Part shown: positions 58,120-64,000 of the stretch, piece by piece
How positions within the stretch are numbered: the first letter of the stretch is position 1
Layout: each line of letters begins with the position of its first letter
The notes under the pieces: generated by a model
Seen by the model: the letters and a program-made list of their open reading frames with translations, nothing else
The model's database searches: none
What the model was told of the DNA's origin: nothing
Position numbers and translations under genes: made by a program
NCBI GenBank assembly: GCA_021513715.1
Contig: CP084167.1
Coordinates: forward strand, 2,560,001-2,624,000
Direction: 5' to 3'
Length of the DNA stretch: 64,000 nt
Source: Candidatus Heimdallarchaeum endolithica
GTDB taxonomy: Archaea; Asgardarchaeota; Heimdallarchaeia; Heimdallarchaeales; Heimdallarchaeaceae

Positions 58120-60069
58120 ATGAACAAGAAACTATTTATTGCCCTATTTGTGGTCTCTACAATGTTGGTGTCTAGTGTATATTCTGCTTCAACAAGTAAG
58201 GCTGCAGTAGAACCAATAGCCACTTTAACCTATAAAACAAACGGTGGAGGCTTCCGTCCTGATTATGGTCTTTACATTGCTCAATATCTAAGTGAATTAG
58301 GTATTAAAGTAAATGTAAAGGTTGAGGAATGGATAGTCTTTGTAGGCACTCTTACTGTTACTTTCGACTTTGACCTTTCCTTTGTAGGTTTAACTGGTGG
58401 TGGTGCAGACCCAGATCTAACTGGTGTGTATAATGAAAACGGTTCTCTAAACATGTTTGGAATAAACACCAAAATGCCTTATGGAGCAGAAAATGAACAA
58501 ATGATGAAGGAAGGAGTCCTCATCATGGATCTAGAAGAAAGACAACAACACTATTATGAATGGCAACAATTAATCATGGATAAAATCTTGCCAATGTTAC
58601 CATTCTTCAGTCCTCGTTCATATGTTGCTAATTGGGCTACATTAGATGGATATGACAATCGTTGGGGTATTGTTGATTCTTTACCTTATATGGAATTCAC
58701 ATCCTTACACGAAGGTCAAACCTCAACTGCAGAATTCTATGATTCTGACGCTAAATGGAAAGAATTAAACCCATTGTTACAAGATGATGCATCCAGTTCT
58801 TATATCTCATCTTTAGTCATGGAACCATTAATGCAAATGACTCCTGACTTTGAACCAATTAAAACTGGATTAGTTAAAGATTGGCAACAAGATGAAACAA
58901 ATGAGTTACTCTACAAATTCACTCTCCGTGATGATGTATATTGGAATCCATCCTTTAACATCACTGGAAGAGACAGTAGTTCTGACCCACTAGTTGATGA
59001 TGATGGAAACATCGTAGATCCCAGTATCTTAATGTCTGGTGACAAAGGAGAATTTAGTGATGGAACTAACCAACAAGTAACTGCTAAAGATGCAGTATTC
59101 ACTTTGCTTGCTTGGGCTAACCCAATCACCAGTGAAGATGCTGATGTATACAACTGGATTCATGACATATGGGTTGATCCTTCAGATCCTTTATCCTTCT
59201 GGATAGAAATCGATGGTGACCCTGATACTGAAGAAGCAGAAAATTATGCTCCCTTCTGGTCAGCAATGACTCCAAGAGTATTACCTGAATTCTTCTTGAA
59301 TACAACTAACGTAACCGTTACATACTCCAGTGGTGGAGTACCAATGCTTGGTATTGGTGAAGGTATTCTTGATACTCCTCAATGGAAGACTTACAGTACT
59401 TCTGCATTTGGTTGTGGTAAGTACATGTTAGATTACTACGTTGAGAACTCAATTACAGTCTTACAAGCCTCACCATTCTGGTTTGGTGTAGGAGCCATTG
59501 ATGGAACAGAACAGGATCTAGATATCAAAACCTTTAACATTCGTGTTATTCCTGATATTACTTCTGCATTAGCAGAGTTCAAAGCAGGAAAACTCGATAT
59601 CATGGGTATGACTTCCTTCCCAGATGAAAGAAAGGCCATGGAAACTGATCCTAAATTTGATGTTCAATCAGCTCTACAAAGCTATGTTAACTTCATGGGA
59701 TTCAACCTCAGAAGACCATTCATCGGTGGAGATGACAACTATGTCTTCTTAACTGAATCTGGTTATGAGGAATATACCAAGGCTCTTGCTGTCAGAAAAG
59801 CTATTGCATACGCAATTGATAGAGAAGAAATCAACAAAGTTCTTCATGATGGTGAATACTTGATCTCTCACAGCGTTATTTATCCAGTACAAGCATTCTG
59901 GTATTATAACGACGTTATCAAGTACAACCACGATCTTGATACAGCTATTGCATGGCTTAAGAGAGCAGGAGTATACAAGGAAGCTACAACTACTACAACT
60001 CCATTACCAATAATTGGCGTTGTTGCAGCAATCATGTCCTTTGTATTACTCAGAAGGAAGAAAAACTAA
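58120..60069 (+). CDS. ABC transporter substrate-binding protein, family 5 (OppA/DppA-like), C-terminally anchored
   Basis: LNPL, YKFTLRDDVYW, VTAKDAVFT, GCGKYML, FKAGKLDI, VRKAIAYAIDREEI; poly-Thr linker + TM + RRKKN. Confidence 0.9.
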   Translation: MNKKLFIALFVVSTMLVSSVYSASTSKAAVEPIATLTYKTNGGGFRPDYGLYIAQYLSELGIKVNVKVEEWIVFVGTLTVTFDFDLSFVGLTGGGADPDLTGVYNENGSLNMFGINTKMPYGAENEQMMKEGVLIMDLEERQQHYYEWQQLIMDKILPMLPFFSPRSYVANWATLDGYDNRWGIVDSLPYMEFTSLHEGQTSTAEFYDSDAKWKELNPLLQDDASSSYISSLVMEPLMQMTPDFEPIKTGLVKDWQQDETNELLYKFTLRDDVYWNPSFNITGRDSSSDPLVDDDGNIVDPSILMSGDKGEFSDGTNQQVTAKDAVFTLLAWANPITSEDADVYNWIHDIWVDPSDPLSFWIEIDGDPDTEEAENYAPFWSAMTPRVLPEFFLNTTNVTVTYSSGGVPMLGIGEGILDTPQWKTYSTSAFGCGKYMLDYYVENSITVLQASPFWFGVGAIDGTEQDLDIKTFNIRVIPDITSALAEFKAGKLDIMGMTSFPDERKAMETDPKFDVQSALQSYVNFMGFNLRRPFIGGDDNYVFLTESGYEEYTKALAVRKAIAYAIDREEINKVLHDGEYLISHSVIYPVQAFWYYNDVIKYNHDLDTAIAWLKRAGVYKEATTTTTPLPIIGVVAAIMSFVLLRRKKN

Positions 60070-60182
60070 AATTTCAAACATTTTCTTTTTTTCTTTTTTA
60101 AATTCAGTTTAATTTTGAGGATTGTTAAAATTTTTAACCGTTGTTGTTTATTGTTTTGTAAAACAGGTCAAGTGTTAATATT

Positions 60183-60611
60183 ATGCGATGTCCTTATTGT
60201 GGTTATCATAAAGTAGTAAAAAAGACTAATAAAAGACTAATTTATGAATGTACTAGGTGCAAATACCAATTTGAAGTTAGTTTTTCTAAGATAATGTTCG
60301 AGAAAATTTTTATTATACCTTTTTCTTCAGTAATTGTTTTTTTAGTCATACAAGGGATTTGCTTTTCTTTATCGTTTATTTCAAACAATATTTTATCTAA
60401 GTCTTTTTGGAACAGTTTTAGCGCTTTTAATGCTCTTTTTCTTATTATTCAAATTTTTTTATACTTCATTTATATAGAGCCTAAACAAATTTTCTTGATA
60501 AAAGATAAAGTGAATATTTTTCGTAAGATCGTTTATCTGTCTTCTTACTTAAAAATCTCAATGTTAATTGCAATAACGATAATTATTGTTCAAATTGTAG
60601 TTAATAGATAA
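60183..60611 (+). CDS. Small membrane protein with N-terminal zinc ribbon
   Basis: CPYC...CTRC followed by 3 hydrophobic segments. Confidence 0.65.
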   Translation: MRCPYCGYHKVVKKTNKRLIYECTRCKYQFEVSFSKIMFEKIFIIPFSSVIVFLVIQGICFSLSFISNNILSKSFWNSFSAFNALFLIIQIFLYFIYIEPKQIFLIKDKVNIFRKIVYLSSYLKISMLIAITIIIVQIVVNR

Positions 60612-60691
60612 GAAATTAACAATCTATTTTTTCTATGTTTGGATTAAATAAAAGGGTTTAAAGGGCTTCAAAAGTTAAATAGAGAGATGAT

Positions 60692-61462
60692 TTATTCTTG
60701 CATGCTAATTTTAATTACCTTAGAACACCAATTTATAACACTTTTTGCAATTATAAATTTCTTAAATTTTCTAGTTCTCTTCTCTTTTGTGATGGTTTTT
60801 ACTTTTGAGTATTTTCCAATTTCTTTCCCAAAGTCATATCCGAAAAGTATAACTTCTTTTATACTATAATTGGCAGAGAAACAAACAGCTCTGTCTCCAT
60901 CTGTAAAGCCTAAAAAGTTCCTAAAGCCTCCTAATTCTTCTGATTGCGTTGAAAATAGAAAATGTCCGGTTTTCGTAATTTTAGGTAAATATCTCTTCGC
61001 TTGATCAACATTGTCACCATGGATATGAACAATCAAAATAGAACCGCTTTTTTGTGCTTTTATCTGATCTTCTACACAACCATCTAAATCAGAAATAATA
61101 ATTCCAGGATTTAATCCATTCTCTAATAAAAAAGATGTAGCTCCATCAACAGCAATAAGGACGGCATTTGTATTATCTATTAACATTTTTCTAACCTTTT
61201 TTGCTACTTCCTTTGACAAACTATTTCCTGGAGCTACAATTATTGCTATTTTTCCTTTTAATTGATTTATTAACTCCTTTTCTTTATTTCTTGAATTTAT
61301 TTTGAACAAACTATTTATCTCTTTTACAGCATTTAAATCACTTTTTGGAGAGATACTAAGGAAATCACATATTGCAGGATACCAATATTTTAGCCAAGTA
61401 GTAAGTGAAAAATCCAATTTTTCAAGTTCAAGGAATAGTTTGTCTTCAGTTTTAAAAATCAT
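60692..61462 (-). CDS. mptE: 6-hydroxymethyl-7,8-dihydropterin pyrophosphokinase (DUF115)
   Basis: IAVDGAT, IISDLDG, VHIHGDN, NFLGFTDGDRAV, GYDFG..IGKYSK. Confidence 0.88.
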   Translation of the reverse strand: MIFKTEDKLFLELEKLDFSLTTWLKYWYPAICDFLSISPKSDLNAVKEINSLFKINSRNKEKELINQLKGKIAIIVAPGNSLSKEVAKKVRKMLIDNTNAVLIAVDGATSFLLENGLNPGIIISDLDGCVEDQIKAQKSGSILIVHIHGDNVDQAKRYLPKITKTGHFLFSTQSEELGGFRNFLGFTDGDRAVCFSANYSIKEVILFGYDFGKEIGKYSKVKTITKEKRTRKFKKFIIAKSVINWCSKVIKISMQE

Positions 61463-63227
61463 CTAAATCTTCCTTTGTTATCTTTCTTTTACTTTCAAGT
61501 TTTAGAAGTGCAGTATTATATCTGCTTACCACGTCATTAAAAGTTATAAAACCAATTACTTTTTTATTATTTTTTAAAGAGACTACTGGCATACCTTCAA
61601 TATTGTTGTCTTTTAACTTTGCGATAACCTCTCTTAATGTGTCGCTGGGTTTAACAGTTATTACATTTTCAGTCATTACTTCATAAACAAATTTTTTGTT
61701 TGAAGAAAAACCTCTTGAAAAGTCTGAACTTGCTATAATCCCAACTAGATTATCTTCTTCATCAAAAACAGAAATAGCTGATACTTTGTGTAAATATAAT
61801 AATGAAATAGTATTTTTGAGTAAGTCATTTTTCTTTACTTTAGGGAAAATAGTATCCATTGCTTCTGAAACTCTTATTCCTTCTAAGATGTCTGTATTGC
61901 TTATTTTTTTCCTCAATATGACTTCTTTACTTTGTACCTGACCAGAATACAAACTGAAATCCATAGAAACTACAAAAGCAGCTGCGTTTGATAGAATAAT
62001 TGGAATTACGAGTGAAGGAAAACCTAACATTTCTAGAACAATAAGCATGGATGCAATTGGAGTTTTTGTAGTGGCAGCATGCATTGCAGACATTCCTACT
62101 ATGATAAATACAATATAGTTAACTCCAGGAAAGACTTTAGAATAAACAGCTCCTAATACAGCCCCTGTCACAAGAGATGGCCCCATTACTCCCCCAGAAG
62201 CACCCATTCCTACACATGTAGAAGTAACAATAATTTTTCCAAGAAAAAGTAAAAGTAAAATGGAAAAACCTATATTTTCTCCATTTTCTAAAAGAAAGTT
62301 TATCGCTTGGAAACCTGTTCCTTGTAAAGATAGACCTTCAGGTAACCCTAAACTAAATAAAAAAACAATAAGAGCTGTAATTGTCATCCCGATGAAAGGG
62401 AGAATATACGACCACTTTATGTATTTATTTACCAAACTTGTTAGTGATTTGTATAGTAATGAAAAACCAATTCCTGATACTCCTGAAATGGCACCTAGTA
62501 ATAAAAATAATAGTGAATTAATTATAGATAGCTGTACAGGGGCAGTTTCTATCTCTAAATAAACTGGATGGGAGTTCAGTGCGGTTAAAATTGCCATAGA
62601 AACTAGAAGAGAAATCGCACTTCCTAGAAGTGCTGGGAGAAATACAGTTTCATCAAGATCATGTTTGTATGGGACTTCAGAAGCAAAAACTGTTCCACCT
62701 AATGGAGAACGAAAAACTGCTGCAGTACATGCTGCAGCTCCAATTGTTATTGCGTGAGTAGCCTCATCTTGGCTGAAATTCATCTTATCGCCTAAAGAAT
62801 AAGCCATTGCAGCTCCTATTGTGACAGATGGCCCTTCTCTTCCTGCTGGAGCATTAACACCTAAAGTAAGAAAACTTGCTATAAACTTTGACCAAATAAC
62901 TCGCATCGGGATTTTCTTTCCAGTGTTTTTATGTTCTAAAATATAGGAAATTCCAGCTCCTCGTACTTCATCAAATCCAAAATAAAGAAAAAGAGAAATT
63001 AAAGCACCAGTTAAGGGAAAAGAAATCAATATAGAAATTTGAGACAACCACTTTTGGGTATTAACTACAAGAGCTGCAAATAAACCCATTATAACCCCAC
63101 TCATAATACCTGTAATGATCGCAAAAGGAAACCATTTTTTACTGTATTTCCAATATTTGATAAAAACCTCTTTAAAATACCTAAAAAATCGTTTTTTTCC
63201 TTTGTTTTTAATTGTCTTTTTTTTCAC
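61452..63227 (-). CDS. CLC-family chloride channel/antiporter with C-terminal CBS pair
   Basis: GREGP, FRSPLGGTVFASE, GASGGVMGPSL, SLY, two CBS domains. Confidence 0.92.
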   Translation of the reverse strand: MKKKTIKNKGKKRFFRYFKEVFIKYWKYSKKWFPFAIITGIMSGVIMGLFAALVVNTQKWLSQISILISFPLTGALISLFLYFGFDEVRGAGISYILEHKNTGKKIPMRVIWSKFIASFLTLGVNAPAGREGPSVTIGAAMAYSLGDKMNFSQDEATHAITIGAAACTAAVFRSPLGGTVFASEVPYKHDLDETVFLPALLGSAISLLVSMAILTALNSHPVYLEIETAPVQLSIINSLLFLLLGAISGVSGIGFSLLYKSLTSLVNKYIKWSYILPFIGMTITALIVFLFSLGLPEGLSLQGTGFQAINFLLENGENIGFSILLLLFLGKIIVTSTCVGMGASGGVMGPSLVTGAVLGAVYSKVFPGVNYIVFIIVGMSAMHAATTKTPIASMLIVLEMLGFPSLVIPIILSNAAAFVVSMDFSLYSGQVQSKEVILRKKISNTDILEGIRVSEAMDTIFPKVKKNDLLKNTISLLYLHKVSAISVFDEEDNLVGIIASSDFSRGFSSNKKFVYEVMTENVITVKPSDTLREVIAKLKDNNIEGMPVVSLKNNKKVIGFITFNDVVSRYNTALLKLESKRKITKEDLDDF

Positions 63228-63279
63228 ATTTCTAACTTGAAAAGAACTCTTTTATCTTTTTCTCCTTTTTTTACTTGGA

Positions 63280-64000
63280 TGTATACTCAACTCACATTGG
63301 TAACAAATAAATAGAAGTGGGTTACGTGGGTAAGTGATATATTATGAACAAACCCGAACGTAACCTGGAGAAACTAAGAAAGATTGTGGTTAAAAAAGCT
63401 TTGGAAGGAGAGAAGATAAAAGAGGTAGCTCACAAGTATATGGTGAGTAGGAAGTTTGTGTATAAGTGGTTGAAGAGGTTCAGAGAGAACCCTGAAGGAG
63501 TATGGTGGAAAGATAGATCTTCCAGACCAAAAACTATACACAGGAAAGTAGATGAGGAGTTAAAAGAGAGGATAAGGGAGTTAAGAATAAAACAAGGAAT
63601 GAATGTGGAGAAGATAGCTTATTTGTTGAAGAGAGAAGGAAAAGCACTCTCTCAGACGACAGTGACGAAAGTAATAAAAGAGTTAGGTCTTCCTTTATGG
63701 GTTAATAGAAAAAAGAGGAAAAGACCTCGATACAAGAGTTTTGAACGTCAAAAACCTAACGAACTCTGGCAAATAGATGTGAAAGGACCATTCTGGGTAG
63801 AAGAACAGGGACAACATCTCCATCTCATAACCTTGATAGACGACCACTCACGATTCTGTCTGGGAGCTAAATTCCACCCTTTTGCACCAAAAAAAGAGCA
63901 GATAATAAGTTTGCTAGAGGAAGCAATAAAAGAGTACGGTTACCCCGAGTCTATACTTACTGACAATGGAGCACTCTTCTCTTCCGTTAGAGGAGGAACA
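63280..64000 (+). mobile_element. Left part of an IS481-family insertion sequence
   Basis: Begins TGTATACTCAAC... (IS481 elements start with TGT), 64 nt before the transposase ATG; purine-rich and compositionally distinct. Right end is outside the window. Confidence 0.7.
63344..64000 (+). CDS. IS481-family DDE transposase (3' truncated by window edge)
   Basis: Not in the ORF track. MNKPERN...VSRKFVYKWLKRF...DRSSRPKT (HTH) ...FERQKPNELWQIDVKG...IDDHSRF...YGYPESILTDNG (rve core, first two Asp). Confidence 0.92.
   Translation, partial: MNKPERNLEKLRKIVVKKALEGEKIKEVAHKYMVSRKFVYKWLKRFRENPEGVWWKDRSSRPKTIHRKVDEELKERIRELRIKQGMNVEKIAYLLKREGKALSQTTVTKVIKELGLPLWVNRKKRKRPRYKSFERQKPNELWQIDVKGPFWVEEQGQHLHLITLIDDHSRFCLGAKFHPFAPKKEQIISLLEEAIKEYGYPESILTDNGALFSSVRGGT

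Overview
AT-rich, densely coding archaeal chromosome segment. Gene content points to an Asgard archaeon, most likely Heimdallarchaeia-like (inference): two Rab-like small GTPases, a longin-like protein, CDC48, a stand-alone divergent EF-2, an archaeal class III pilin, F420 genes and GGTGA Shine-Dalgarno motifs. Partial insertion sequences lie at both ends: an IS5-like 3' end on the left and an IS481-family 5' end on the right. Housekeeping and metabolic genes include NfnAB/SudBA, RimI, tRNA-Val(CAC), an orphan C5-methyltransferase, FrhB-like + CofE, CoADR-rhodanese, ThyX, an amidohydrolase-RibD-CofG-CofH operon, a DUF1998 helicase, an M20 peptidase, MptE and a CLC. The main items for follow-up are: (1) an unannotated three-hairpin K-turn RNA at 4036-4265 with two textbook H/ACA units, the first complementary to the peptidyl-transferase-centre sequence around E. 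coli-equivalent position 2496; (2) a 22 kb cluster (15718-37889) of two same-order modules DUF4129 - DUF4350 - MoxR - DUF58 - membrane protein, one headed by a PrsW protease/zinc-ribbon fusion and the other by a transglutaminase-fold protein lacking its catalytic triad plus a large Ig-like single-pass protein; (3) a CDC48 - longin-like - Rab-like GTPase run facing an alpha-SNAP-like TPR gene; (4) a 112 bp intergenic element with 12 bp terminal inverted repeats. All family calls come from motif recognition by eye; no database searches or folding programs were run.
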